Notes: generated by a model not told the origin, from the letters alone. A stretch of 64,000 nt of DNA from Clostridium sp. 27_14 (GCA_001916035.1 MNRQ01000023.1:8850-72849), one strand, 5' to 3'; shown: positions 1-11,349, numbered from the stretch's first letter. A program made the numbers and translations.

Positions 1-633
1 CTAGAAGAATACAACAAAGTATTAGAAGAAGTAAATAAACAATTAGTAGAACTAGCAAAAAATGAAATAGACACAGCATATATAGGTGGAGAATTAGCAT
101 GGCCAGTACCAGGCTATACAAAAATAAGTTCACCTTATGGAATGAGAACACACCCAATAACAAAAGTATACAAATTACATACAGGTGTTGACATATCAGC
201 ACCAATGGGAGCAAACTTTGTAGCAGCAAATGACGGAATAGTAATAAAAGCAGAATATAACATAGCTTATGGAAAAATGGTAGTAATAGACCATGGAGGA
301 GGAATATCAACACTATATGCACATGGATCAGAATTTTTAGTAAAAGCAGGAGACACTGTAAAAAGAAATCAAGCAGTTTTAAAAGTAGGTTCAACAGGAT
401 ATTCTACAGGAGCACATGCACACTTTGAAGTAAGAAAAAACGGAAAAGTTACAAGTCCAATGCCATACATAACAAATGGAATAGTACCAAATTCAGAAGA
501 AGACAAAGCACAAAGTGAACAAGACAGTACAATAAATACAACCAATACATCAAACACAGTAGAAGCAACAAATACAACAGCAGAAAATAAAACAGAAAAT
601 TCAGAAACAAAACAGCAAACAACAACACAATAA
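1..633 (+). CDS. M23/LytM-family peptidoglycan metalloendopeptidase, 3' part (5' end outside window)
   Basis: Frame 1 is open from base 1 (LEEYNKVLEEVNKQLVELAK... upstream of listed Met142). M23 motifs HTGVDISAP and GSTGYSTGAHAHFEV. T/N/Q-rich tail. Confidence 0.85.
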   Translation, partial: LEEYNKVLEEVNKQLVELAKNEIDTAYIGGELAWPVPGYTKISSPYGMRTHPITKVYKLHTGVDISAPMGANFVAANDGIVIKAEYNIAYGKMVVIDHGGGISTLYAHGSEFLVKAGDTVKRNQAVLKVGSTGYSTGAHAHFEVRKNGKVTSPMPYITNGIVPNSEEDKAQSEQDSTINTTNTSNTVEATNTTAENKTENSETKQQTTTQ

Positions 634-722
634 AATTAAAAAATAAAAAATTAAAAATCACAAATTACCACACAAATTCCTGTGCAAAACAAAAAGACAA
701 AGTCAGGAAAAAGGAGGAACAG

Positions 723-2042
723 ATGAGAAGCATAAGTCAAAAAATAGTATGTCTAATATTAATATTTATAATAATATTTAGCACAAATTCAGCATTTGCA
801 ACAACTGAACAAGAACAGCTTGAAGCACAAAAACAAGAAAATGAAAAAAAGCAAAATCAAATAGAAGCTGAAAAAAAAGAAGTAACAAATGAAAAAGAAT
901 CAACACAAAAAGAAGTAGACAATATAAACTCACAAATACAAGATTATCAAACTGAAATTACAAATTTAGATATACAAATAGCTAATGCAAATCAACAAAT
1001 AGAAGACTCAAATAGCAAACTAGAAAAAGCACAAAAAGAATATGAAAGTCAACAACAAATGCTTGAAGAAAGAATAGTAGCACTATATGAAGCAGGAGAT
1101 ACAACATACCTAGACATTTTACTATCATCAGAAAGTTTAACTGATTTTATTTCAAGTTACTACATAGTTTCAGAAATAGCACAATGTGATTTAGATCTAT
1201 TAAAAGAAATAGACAAACAAAAAAATGAAATAGAAACAGCAAAAAAAGAAATAGAAGAAAGCAAACAAACTCTAACAACAGCAAAAGCAAGCAAACAACA
1301 AGTATCAACACAATTACAAGCAAAAAAGAATGAAAAATCAACAGTAGTAGCACAATTATCTAGCCAAGAACAAGAATTACAAAAAGAAATAGACCAACTA
1401 ACACAAGATAACGTACAAATTCAACAAAATATAGCAGCAGCACAAGCAAGATACAAAAAACAATTAGAACAATTAAAAGCACAAGAAGAAGCAAAAAGAA
1501 AAGCACAAGAAGAACAAGCAAAGAAAAATAATGCAAATAAAAATAACGGAAAAACAAACAATAGCAGTTCTACAAATAGTAATAGTTCAACAAGCAACGG
1601 TGGAGGAAGCTCAACAATCAAAAACTCAAATGGATTTATCAGACCAGTAAGTGGAGGATCAATATCTACAAATGGATATTATTCAAGTGGAAGATTCCAT
1701 GGAGCAATAGACTATGCAGTTAGCTCAGGATCACCAGTATATGCAGCAGCAGATGGAGTAGTATTAACAGTAGGAAGCTTAACATACAGTTATGGAACAC
1801 ATGTAATTATACAACATTCTAATGGATTACAAACAATATATGGACATGGAACAGCAGGATCTGTATGTGTATCACCAGGACAAATAGTATCACAAGGACA
1901 AGTAATAATGAAAAGTGGAAGCACAGGAAATTCAAGTGGACCACATTTACACTTTGAAGTAAGAAAATCACCATATAATTATAAATATAGTGCAACAAAA
2001 TATGGAGACGACTCAAGAGTAAATCCTAACAATTATTTTTAA
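723..2042 (+). CDS. Secreted coiled-coil + C-terminal M23 peptidase (EnvC/PcsB-like architecture)
   Basis: Signal peptide, about 250 aa Q/E/K-rich coiled coil, N/S-rich linker, then M23 motifs FHGAIDY and GSTGNSSGPHLHFEV. GGAGG RBS before ATG 723. Confidence 0.85.
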   Translation: MRSISQKIVCLILIFIIIFSTNSAFATTEQEQLEAQKQENEKKQNQIEAEKKEVTNEKESTQKEVDNINSQIQDYQTEITNLDIQIANANQQIEDSNSKLEKAQKEYESQQQMLEERIVALYEAGDTTYLDILLSSESLTDFISSYYIVSEIAQCDLDLLKEIDKQKNEIETAKKEIEESKQTLTTAKASKQQVSTQLQAKKNEKSTVVAQLSSQEQELQKEIDQLTQDNVQIQQNIAAAQARYKKQLEQLKAQEEAKRKAQEEQAKKNNANKNNGKTNNSSSTNSNSSTSNGGGSSTIKNSNGFIRPVSGGSISTNGYYSSGRFHGAIDYAVSSGSPVYAAADGVVLTVGSLTYSYGTHVIIQHSNGLQTIYGHGTAGSVCVSPGQIVSQGQVIMKSGSTGNSSGPHLHFEVRKSPYNYKYSATKYGDDSRVNPNNYF

Positions 2043-2050
2043 AAATGTAA

Positions 2051-2075
2051 AAAAGGGAAGTAATATCCCTTTTTA
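2051..2075 (+). terminator. Intrinsic terminator after M23 gene
   Basis: AAAAGGGA-agtaata-TCCCTTTT followed by T run. Confidence 0.6.
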
Positions 2076-2117
2076 TATTATAATAAAATAACAATATAAA
2101 AACTTCAGTATGAAAGG

Positions 2118-3344
2118 ATGAAAAAAAGGATGAAAAAACAAACAACATATAAAATTTATAAAACTGCAATGATAATAATACTAACAGCATTTATCACTTT
2201 TATAATAACATCAATAGGAATGTATAAATATATAGAAGGAGACGGTAAAATATCAGCATTAGTAGACAGCGCAAGTAACGACATAGCAGTAAATTTAGCA
2301 AAATATAAAGAAATATTAAATAAATACTATTTAGGAGATATTGACGAAGAAAAACTAGCAGAAGGATCAATAAAAGGATATATAGAAGGATTAGATGACC
2401 CATATACAGAATATATATCAAAAGAAGAAATGAAAGACTACATGGAAGACACTTTAGGAAATTATGTAGGAATAGGAATATACATGACAGCAGACAAAAA
2501 GCAAGACAAAGTAAAAGTAATATCACCAATAAAAGGATCACCAGCAGAAAAAGCAGGAATAGAACCAGGAGATATAATAGTAAGTGTAAATGGAAAAACA
2601 TATAAAGCAAGTGAAATGTCAGCAATGTCAAATGATATAAAAGGAGAAGAAGGAACAGAAGTAGAAATAACAATATTAAGAGGAACAGAAACAAAAGAAT
2701 TCAAAGTAAAAAGAGAAAAAATAAAAGTAAATCCAGTAGAAGGAAAAGTATTAGACAATAGTATAGGATATATCAAATTTACATCATTTGATGAAACAAC
2801 AGCAGACGATTTCAAAAACAAATATGAAGAACTAAAAAAATCAAATATAAAATCATTAATAATAGATTTAAGAAATAATGGTGGAGGACTAGTAGACCAA
2901 GCATTAAAAATAGCAGACTATATAACAGAAAAAGATTCTGTACTATTATATGAAGTTGACAAAAACGGAAAAGAAGAAGTAAAAAAATCAGAAAATGATC
3001 CAATAATATCAGAACCAATAATAATACTAACAAACGAAAATACGGCAAGTGCTTCAGAAATATTAGCAGGAGCATTAAAAGATTTAGGAAAAGCAACAAT
3101 AGTAGGAACAAAAACTTATGGAAAAGGTGTAATACAACAAATTTTAACTGTAAAAGACGGAAGTGGAATAAAACTAACAGTAGAAGAATATCAAACACCG
3201 AACCGAAACAGAATAAACAAAATAGGAATAGAACCAAATGAAACAGTAGAATTACCAAGTGATGTAGAAAGTGTATTAAATGTACCAGAAGACAAAGACA
3301 CACAACTACAAAAAGCACAAGAAATAGCAAATAAAAACCAATAA
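2118..3344 (+). CDS. ctpA: S41 family C-terminal processing peptidase with PDZ domain
   Basis: N-terminal TM, PDZ (GSPAEKAGIEPGDIIVSVNG), DLRNNGGG, catalytic-Ser region TASASEILAGALKD, TYGKG. Confidence 0.85.
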   Translation: MKKRMKKQTTYKIYKTAMIIILTAFITFIITSIGMYKYIEGDGKISALVDSASNDIAVNLAKYKEILNKYYLGDIDEEKLAEGSIKGYIEGLDDPYTEYISKEEMKDYMEDTLGNYVGIGIYMTADKKQDKVKVISPIKGSPAEKAGIEPGDIIVSVNGKTYKASEMSAMSNDIKGEEGTEVEITILRGTETKEFKVKREKIKVNPVEGKVLDNSIGYIKFTSFDETTADDFKNKYEELKKSNIKSLIIDLRNNGGGLVDQALKIADYITEKDSVLLYEVDKNGKEEVKKSENDPIISEPIIILTNENTASASEILAGALKDLGKATIVGTKTYGKGVIQQILTVKDGSGIKLTVEEYQTPNRNRINKIGIEPNETVELPSDVESVLNVPEDKDTQLQKAQEIANKNQ

Positions 3345-3396
3345 TAATGGTTCCAAACAAGAACACAATTAGACAGGTAGAAAGGATGAAATAAAA

Positions 3397-3987
3397 ATGA
3401 ACTTAGCAAATAAATTAACAATATTCAGAATGATATTAGTACCAATAATGGTAATAATTCCATTTTTGGGAATAGAAAATGAAATACTAGGAATACCATT
3501 AACATATATAATAATAGATATAATATTCATAATAGCATCAATAACAGACAAACTAGATGGATATATAGCCAGAAGCAGAAAACAAGTAACAACGTTTGGA
3601 AAATTCTTAGACCCAATAGCAGATAAAATTTTAGTCTTAGCAGCAATGGTAATGCTAGTAGAATTTGGAAAAATACCAGCATGGATACCAATAATAGTAT
3701 TAGCAAGAGAATTTATAGTATCAGGTTATAGATTAGTAGCAATAGAAAAAGGCGGAAAAGTAATAGCAGCATCAAAATGGGGAAAACTAAAAACAGTAAC
3801 ACAAATGATAGCAATAATACTAGCATTTTTGGATTTATATCCATTTGGTGAATGTTTTAAAGGTTATTTGCAAGGTTCAGACTTTATACTAAACTTAACA
3901 GTAACAATAATGATGATAATTCAAACTATAGCAACAGTATTTTCAGGAATAGAATATCTAAAAAATGGAAAAGAATTACTAAAATAG
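3397..3987 (+). CDS. pgsA: CDP-diacylglycerol--glycerol-3-phosphate 3-phosphatidyltransferase
   Basis: CDP-alcohol phosphatidyltransferase motif DKLDGYIAR...FGKFLDPIADK; multi-TM; about 196 aa. Confidence 0.9.
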   Translation: MNLANKLTIFRMILVPIMVIIPFLGIENEILGIPLTYIIIDIIFIIASITDKLDGYIARSRKQVTTFGKFLDPIADKILVLAAMVMLVEFGKIPAWIPIIVLAREFIVSGYRLVAIEKGGKVIAASKWGKLKTVTQMIAIILAFLDLYPFGECFKGYLQGSDFILNLTVTIMMIIQTIATVFSGIEYLKNGKELLK

Positions 3988-3989
3988 AC

Positions 3990-4018
3990 TTGACAAAATT
4001 CAAGTTCTGTCTTAATAT
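3990..4018 (+). promoter_or_regulatory. Sigma-A type promoter (TTGACA-17-TAATAT) upstream of greA leader
   Basis: TTGACA 3990-3995, 17-nt spacer, TAATAT 4013-4018. Overlaps the pgsA stop region. Confidence 0.55.
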
Positions 4019-4027
4019 ATAACGAAG

Positions 4028-4057
4028 GCGGACATTATAAAAAAATAAAAAGTCCGC
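4028..4057 (+). terminator. GCGGAC/GTCCGC hairpin with AT loop (pgsA terminator and/or greA leader attenuator)
   Basis: GCGGAC 4028-4033 pairs with GTCCGC 4052-4057, followed by ATATTTATTTG. Member of the dispersed hairpin family. Confidence 0.45.
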
Positions 4058-4130
4058 ATATTTATTTGTGTAAAAAATAATAAAAAATTTCTACACAAAA
4101 GCACAAAACAAGAAGAAAGGAAGTAATCAG

Positions 4131-4607
4131 ATGGAAGAAAAAGAAGTAATACTTACACAAGAAGGACATGATAACTTAGAAAAAGAATTAAATTATTTAA
4201 AAACAGAAAAAAGAGCAGAAATAGCAGAAAGAATAAAAGTAGCATTAGGATTTGGAGACTTATCAGAAAACTCAGAATATGACGAAGCAAAAAATGCACA
4301 AGCAGAAAACGAAGTAAAAATAGCAGAATTAGAAAACAAATTAAGACATGCAAAAATAATTGATGAAAAAGAAATAGACACAGAAACAGTACAAATAGGA
4401 AATGTAGTAAAAGTGCATGACTTAGAATTCGACGAAAAAGTAGAATACACAATAGTAGGATCAACAGAAGTAGATCTTACAGAAAACAAAATATCAAATG
4501 AATCTCCACTAGGAGAAGCATTATTAGGAGCAAAAAAAGGAAATACAGTTGAAGTAAATGCACCAGCAGGAATAATGAAATACAAAATATTATCAATAAC
4601 AAAATAA
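4131..4607 (+). CDS. greA: Transcription elongation factor GreA
   Basis: 158 aa. [17 protein letters not shown]...[16 protein letters not shown] coiled-coil finger; C-terminal FKBP-like [22 protein letters not shown]. Confidence 0.95.
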   Translation: MEEKEVILTQEGHDNLEKELNYLKTEKRAEIAERIKVALGFGDLSENSEYDEAKNAQAENEVKIAELENKLRHAKIIDEKEIDTETVQIGNVVKVHDLEFDEKVEYTIVGSTEVDLTENKISNESPLGEALLGAKKGNTVEVNAPAGIMKYKILSITK

Positions 4608-4624
4608 TTTATACAAATAAAGTA

Positions 4625-4653
4625 TTGATTTTTTGCGAAAAATATACTATAAT
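4625..4653 (+). promoter_or_regulatory. Sigma-A promoter TTGATT-17-TATAAT for rpsO
   Basis: TTGATT 4625-4630, TATAAT 4648-4653. About 95-nt leader containing the AGGC..GCCT pairing precedes rpsO. Confidence 0.65.
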
Positions 4654-4749
4654 AAGAATGTCAAAAAAATAAGGCCTTTTACTTAGCCTACTAGCACACA
4701 CCAAACTGTAAGCTCAGTTAAAGGAAAAAATGAAAGAGAGGTGCAAAAA

Positions 4750-5013
4750 ATGACAAAGGAAAGAAAACAAGAAATAATCAACACATATAAAAGAGAAGAA
4801 AAAGACACTGGGTCACCAGAAGTACAAATCGCTCTTTTAACAGAAAGAATCAATGAATTAACAGAACACTTAAAAGTACATGTAAAAGACAACCATTCAA
4901 GACGTGGTCTATTAAAAATGGTAGGAAAAAGAAGAAACTTATTAAACTACCTAGCAAAAAAAGATGTACAAAGATACAGAGACATCGTAGAAAAATTAGG
5001 ATTAAGAAAATAA
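4750..5013 (+). CDS. rpsO: 30S ribosomal protein S15
   Basis: [42 protein letters not shown]...; GAGAGG RBS 8 nt before ATG 4750 (the track GTG 4741 overlaps the RBS). Confidence 0.95.
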   Translation: MTKERKQEIINTYKREEKDTGSPEVQIALLTERINELTEHLKVHVKDNHSRRGLLKMVGKRRNLLNYLAKKDVQRYRDIVEKLGLRK

Positions 5014-5022
5014 TATTTAATA

Positions 5023-5055
5023 AAAAGCCTATGCTTTATTTTGGCATGGGCTTTT
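5023..5055 (+). terminator. rpsO terminator/attenuator before pnp
   Basis: AGCCTATGC-loop-GCATGGGCT stem followed by TTTT. Confidence 0.7.
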
Positions 5056-5080
5056 AATAAAGTTAAAAAACAAAAGTACA

Positions 5081-5133
5081 AATAGAAAAAATAGATAAAA
5101 AATAGATAAAAAATAGATAAGAAATAGATAAAA
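5081..5133. repeat. Tandem 11-nt repeat AATAGATAAAA x4 (+1 degenerate unit)
   Basis: Units at 5090, 5101, 5112 (AATAGATAAGA) and 5123; degenerate unit at 5081. Lies between the rpsO terminator and pnp. Confidence 0.9.
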
Positions 5134-5213
5134 GTAATAATTTTTGCACACAAAACAAATAAAAAAGAGAGAACCAACAAAATAAAATAAATTTTATTAG
5201 GAGGAAAAAATAA

Positions 5214-7319
5214 ATGTTTAAAAGTTATGAAACAGAACTAGCAGGAAGAAAGCTAGTAATAGAAACAGGAAAAATGGCAGAACTATCAAACGGAAGTGTA
5301 ATAGTAAGGTATGGAGAAACTGTAGTAATGGTAAATGTAACAGCATCAAAAGAACCAAGAGAAGGAATAGACTTTTTCCCACTATCAGTAGACTACGAAG
5401 AAAAATTATATGCAGTAGGAAAAATACCAGGATCATTCCAAAAAAGAGAAGGAAAACCAGCAGACAAAGCAATACTAACATCAAGAGCAATAGACAGACC
5501 ACTAAGACCACTATTCCCAAAAGACTTCAGAAATGATGTAGTAGTTGTTGCAACAGTATTATCAGTAGAACAAGACAACTCACCAGAAGTAGCAGCAATG
5601 ATAGGAGCATCAGCAGCACTATCAATATCAGACATACCATTTGGAGGACCAACAGCAGCAGTAAATGTAGGATTAGTAAATGGAGAAATAGTAATAAATC
5701 CAACAGAAGAACAAAGAAAAATATCAGACTTAACACTTACAGTAGCAGGAACAGAACAAAAAATAGCAATGATAGAAGCAGGAGCAAACGAAGTATCAAA
5801 TGAAGTAATGCTAGAAGCAATCAAAAAAGGACACGAAGAAATAAAGAAAATCTGCAAATTTATAGAAAATATGAAAGAAGAAATAGGAAAACCAAAATTT
5901 GAATACAAATCATTTGCAGTAGACCACGATTTATATGAATATATAGCAGAAAAATTTACAGAAGAAATGAAAGAAAAAGTACAAGAAAAAGATAAAGAAA
6001 CAAGAGACAATAACATAGCAGAATTAACAGAAAAAATATCAAACGACTATGCAGAAAAATTTGGAGAAGAAGCATTTGAAGAAAACAAACAACAAATAGG
6101 AGAAGCAATATATAAATTAGAAAAAAAATGTGTAAGAGACATGATATTTTATGAGCATAAAAGAGTAGACGGAAGAAAAATAGACGAAATAAGGCCATTA
6201 TCATGCGAAATAGACCTATTACCACGAGTACATGGAAGTGCACTATTCACAAGAGGACAAACACAAGTATTATCAGTAACAACATTAGGAATGATAAGTG
6301 AAGAGCAAACATTAGACGGATTAGATAACGAAGAATCAAAAAGATATATGCACCAATACAATTTTCCAGCATATAGCGTAGGAGAAGCAAGACCATCAAG
6401 AGGACCAGGAAGAAGAGAAATAGGACATGGAGCATTAGCAGAAAAAGCATTAGTACCTGTATTACCATCAAAAGAAGAATTTCCTTATGCAATAAGAGTA
6501 GTATCAGAAGTATTATCATCAAATGGATCAACATCACAAGCAAGTATATGTGGAAGCACATTATCATTAATGGCAGCAGGAGTACCAATAAAAAGACCAG
6601 TAGCAGGAATATCAACAGGATTAGTAACAAATCCAGAAGACGAAAACGACTATGTAATGTTAACAGACATACAAGGACTAGAAGACTTTTTTGGAGATAT
6701 GGACTTCAAAGTAGGAGGAACAGAAAAAGGAATAACAGCAATACAAGTAGATATCAAAATAGATGGATTAACTTATGACATAATAGCAGAAGCATTTGAA
6801 AGAACAAAAGTAGCAAGACAATACATACTAGACAAAATAATGAAACCAGTAATAAGCGAACCACGAACAGAAATATCAAAATATGCACCACGTATAGTAT
6901 CAACACAAATAAAAGTTGAAAAAATCAAAGATGTAATAGGACCTGGAGGAAAAGTAATAAATAAAATAATAGAAGAAACAGGAGTAAAAATAGACATAGA
7001 AGAAGATGGAAAAGTATTTATATATTCATCAGATTCAGAGAAAGCAGTAGAAGCTTTAGATATGATAGAAGACATTGTTAGAGATGTAGAAGTTGGTGGA
7101 ATCTATTATGGAGAAGTAACAAAAATAATGCCATTCGGAGCATTTGTAGATTTAGGATGTGGAGGAAAAGAAGGTTTAGTACACATATCAAAAATCTCAA
7201 ATGAAAGAATAAAAAATGTAGAAGATGTATTACATATAGGACAAAAAGTAACAGTAAAAGTAACAGACATAGACGACCAAGACAGAATAAACCTAACAAT
7301 GAAAGACCTAAAAAACTAA
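5214..7319 (+). CDS. pnp: Polyribonucleotide nucleotidyltransferase (PNPase)
   Basis: 701 aa. Two RNase PH domains (e.g. FFGDMDFKVGGT), KH (GPGGKVINKIIEETG) and S1 (GEVTKIMPFGAFVDL) domains. Confidence 0.97.
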   Translation: MFKSYETELAGRKLVIETGKMAELSNGSVIVRYGETVVMVNVTASKEPREGIDFFPLSVDYEEKLYAVGKIPGSFQKREGKPADKAILTSRAIDRPLRPLFPKDFRNDVVVVATVLSVEQDNSPEVAAMIGASAALSISDIPFGGPTAAVNVGLVNGEIVINPTEEQRKISDLTLTVAGTEQKIAMIEAGANEVSNEVMLEAIKKGHEEIKKICKFIENMKEEIGKPKFEYKSFAVDHDLYEYIAEKFTEEMKEKVQEKDKETRDNNIAELTEKISNDYAEKFGEEAFEENKQQIGEAIYKLEKKCVRDMIFYEHKRVDGRKIDEIRPLSCEIDLLPRVHGSALFTRGQTQVLSVTTLGMISEEQTLDGLDNEESKRYMHQYNFPAYSVGEARPSRGPGRREIGHGALAEKALVPVLPSKEEFPYAIRVVSEVLSSNGSTSQASICGSTLSLMAAGVPIKRPVAGISTGLVTNPEDENDYVMLTDIQGLEDFFGDMDFKVGGTEKGITAIQVDIKIDGLTYDIIAEAFERTKVARQYILDKIMKPVISEPRTEISKYAPRIVSTQIKVEKIKDVIGPGGKVINKIIEETGVKIDIEEDGKVFIYSSDSEKAVEALDMIEDIVRDVEVGGIYYGEVTKIMPFGAFVDLGCGGKEGLVHISKISNERIKNVEDVLHIGQKVTVKVTDIDDQDRINLTMKDLKN

Positions 7320-7393
7320 ACAAACTAAATAAATATAGCTTAATGTTATGCAAAAAATAAAACAAAGTAATAAAAATATAGGAGGCAAAAGCA

Positions 7394-8419
7394 TTGAAAG
7401 TAACAGAATTTGACTATGAATTGCCAGAAGAACTAATAGCACAAACACCAATAGAAAAAAGAGACGAATCAAGACTAATGGTTCTAAACAGAAAAAACAA
7501 CACAATAGAACACAAAACATTTAAAGACATAATAGACTATTTAGAACCAGGAGACTGCTTGGTAAGAAACAACACGAAAGTAATACCAGCACGTATATAT
7601 GGAAAAAAAGAAACAGGAGCAAATATAGAATTTTTGTTATTAAATAATATAGAAGGAGACATCTGGGAAACAATAGTAAGACCAGGAAACAAATTACACA
7701 TAGGAACAAAAGTAATATTTGGAAATGGACTACTAACAGCAGAAATATTAGACACAATGCCAGGAGGAACAAGAAAAGTATTATTTACCTATAAAGGAAT
7801 ATTTAATGAAATATTAGACAAAATAGGATTAATGCCATTGCCACCATATATACACGAAGAATTAAAAGAAAAAGACAGATATCAAACAGTATATGCAAAA
7901 TATGAAGGCTCAGCAGCAGCACCAACAGCAGGGTTACACTTCACAAACGAACTATTAGAAAAAATAGAGCAAAAAGGTATAGATATAGCAAATGTAACAT
8001 TACACGTAGGAATAGGAACATTTAGACCAGTAAAAGAAGACACAGTAGAAGCACATGAAATGCATTCAGAACATTTTTATATAAAACAAGAAGACTGTGA
8101 CAAAATAAATAAAGCAAAGAAAAATGGAAAAAGAGTAATAGCAGTAGGAACAACATCATGTAGAGTATTAGAAACAATAGCAAACCCAGAAAATGGAACA
8201 GTAGAACCAATAGAAGGTGACACACAAATATTCATATATCCAGGATATACATTCAAATGCATAGACGGATTAATAACAAATTTCCATTTACCACAATCAA
8301 CATTATTAATGTTAGTATCAGCATTAGCAGGGAAAGAATACATAATGAAAGCATATAATGAAGCAGTACAAGAAAAATACAAATTTTTCAGTTTTGGAGA
8401 CGCAATGTTCATATCATAA
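7394..8419 (+). CDS. queA: S-adenosylmethionine:tRNA ribosyltransferase-isomerase
   Basis: TTG start after [30 protein letters not shown]..., [28 protein letters not shown]. Confidence 0.95.
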   Translation: MKVTEFDYELPEELIAQTPIEKRDESRLMVLNRKNNTIEHKTFKDIIDYLEPGDCLVRNNTKVIPARIYGKKETGANIEFLLLNNIEGDIWETIVRPGNKLHIGTKVIFGNGLLTAEILDTMPGGTRKVLFTYKGIFNEILDKIGLMPLPPYIHEELKEKDRYQTVYAKYEGSAAAPTAGLHFTNELLEKIEQKGIDIANVTLHVGIGTFRPVKEDTVEAHEMHSEHFYIKQEDCDKINKAKKNGKRVIAVGTTSCRVLETIANPENGTVEPIEGDTQIFIYPGYTFKCIDGLITNFHLPQSTLLMLVSALAGKEYIMKAYNEAVQEKYKFFSFGDAMFIS

Positions 8420-8457
8420 AAATAAAATAAAATTGAGCAATGCAAAAAATGCACATA

Positions 8458-8527
8458 AAGAACAAAAGAGGACATTAATAGCATTTGCACACTAATCAGA
8501 ACATTTTAAAGTCCGCGTCTTTGAACG
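8458..8527. repeat. About 70-nt intergenic repeat element, copy A
   Basis: AAGAACAAAAGAGGACATTAATAGCATTTGCAC...AGAACATTTTAAAGTCCGCGTCTTTGAACG; near-identical to 48748-48816. Confidence 0.85.
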
Positions 8528-8603
8528 ATAAAAACACACTAAAAATATCAAAAAGGAGCATATCAAATTTGCACAAATGTGCTTAAGGAGGAATTTAAAA
8601 TAG

Positions 8604-9728
<1,125 letters not shown>

Positions 9729-9741
9729 AGGGGGAATACAG

Positions 9742-11235
9742 ATGAATATAATTGATGAGAATTTTGTAGAAAAATCAAAAAAAGAAAAAACAAAAATGTC
9801 CAAAATAATACTAATTATAATAGCAATATTAGTAATAGCAATAATAGGAATAATTATAGCACTAGGATATATAGACAATGCACAACTAAAAGTAACAGTT
9901 GACGGACAATTACAAGAAAAAGTAAAAGATATGCTAGTATTTGACGGAGATACAGTATATATATCTATTAGAGATATAGCAAGTTATGTAGGATATCAAA
10001 GTTATAGTGGAGACTATGCAGAAAGATCAGAAGCCAAAAACAAATGCTATATACAAAATGACGACGAAATAGCAAATTTTGTACTAGGATCAAACAAAAT
10101 ATATAAATTAGAAACACAAAAAACAAATTCAGATTACACATATTTTTATGCTAAAAAACCAGTAAAAGCAATAAACGGAAAATTATATATATCATCAGAT
10201 GGATTCCAAGAAGCATTCAATTCAAGTTTTATATATAACCAAGACACAAAACGCATAAAAATATATACAATGAATTATTTAATATCAAGTTACCAACAAA
10301 CAGTACTAGACAAAGGATTTGCTGAAATGAGTAGCGAATTTCACAACGAAAAATCGATATTTGAAGAAAGACTAGTAGTACAAAAAGACAAAAAACAACT
10401 AGGAGTAATAGACTTAAAAGGAAACACAATAATAGAACCAAAATACGAAGAAATAACATATATACCAGAAACAGGCGACTTCTTTGCAAAAAGTAACGGA
10501 AAAGTAGGAATAATCTCTAAAGATGGAACAATGAAAGTACAAATATTATATGATAGCCTAAACCTAATGGACAAAGACGCAGGAATATATGAAGCACAAA
10601 GAGAAGGAAAATATGGAATAATAGATGTAAAAGGAAATATAAAATTATATATAGAAAATGATGCAATAGGACTAGATATTTCAAAATTTGAAAAAAATGA
10701 CATACGTAACAAATATTTACTAGTAGACAACCTAATACCAGTAAAGAAAAATGATTTATGGGGACTAGTAGACAAAACTGGAAAAACAATAGTAGACTTC
10801 AAATATGACAGTTTAGGATATATAGCATCAAGTAACAAAGACGCATTAAACTTATTAGTAATACCAAACTATAACATGATAGTAACATGCAAAGACAAAA
10901 AATATGGACTAATAAACTCATCAGGAGAAGAAAAATTCCCAACAAGAGCAGACGACATTTATATGGTAATAGACTCAGGAACAAAATACTACTATTTGAA
11001 TTTTGAAGATCAAAGATATGATGTAGAAAAATGGCTAGACTCAATAGGAGTAAAAGCAGTAAAAAATAATGAAACAAAAACCACAACAAGTAGCTCAAGT
11101 GAAACAACAAACGAAACTTCAAACACAACGCAAAACAATAGCCAAACACAAGAAACAACACAACAAGACGATACATCATCACAACAAGAAACATCTGAAA
11201 ATTCAGAACAAAATAGTGAAACATCAAACCAATAA
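9742..11235 (+). CDS. Membrane-anchored WG-repeat protein with T/S/Q-rich tail
   Basis: GGGGGA RBS before ATG 9742. One TM. Repeated K(Y/W)G(I/L)(I/V)D..G motifs (KYGIIDVKGN, LWGLVDKTGK, KYGLINSSGE). Confidence 0.65.
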   Translation: MNIIDENFVEKSKKEKTKMSKIILIIIAILVIAIIGIIIALGYIDNAQLKVTVDGQLQEKVKDMLVFDGDTVYISIRDIASYVGYQSYSGDYAERSEAKNKCYIQNDDEIANFVLGSNKIYKLETQKTNSDYTYFYAKKPVKAINGKLYISSDGFQEAFNSSFIYNQDTKRIKIYTMNYLISSYQQTVLDKGFAEMSSEFHNEKSIFEERLVVQKDKKQLGVIDLKGNTIIEPKYEEITYIPETGDFFAKSNGKVGIISKDGTMKVQILYDSLNLMDKDAGIYEAQREGKYGIIDVKGNIKLYIENDAIGLDISKFEKNDIRNKYLLVDNLIPVKKNDLWGLVDKTGKTIVDFKYDSLGYIASSNKDALNLLVIPNYNMIVTCKDKKYGLINSSGEEKFPTRADDIYMVIDSGTKYYYLNFEDQRYDVEKWLDSIGVKAVKNNETKTTTSSSSETTNETSNTTQNNSQTQETTQQDDTSSQQETSENSEQNSETSNQ

Positions 11236-11349
11236 GAGAAAAAAGCATAACAAAAATAAAATAACCATTCATAAAAAATATTAATAAAAAAGAATAAAAC
11301 AAAAAATTGCAACATACATATATAAAGAGAATGCAAAGGAGAAATATAT

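Noticed and set aside
5081-5133. CRISPR-like array.
   Set aside because: The units are 11 nt and contiguous, with no spacers, and no cas genes are present. It is a simple tandem repeat.
8458-8527. preQ1 or other riboswitch upstream of tgt.
   Set aside because: The same element recurs downstream of tRNA-Trp and after tetR, so it has no shared gene context, and it does not match the preQ1-I consensus as I remember it.
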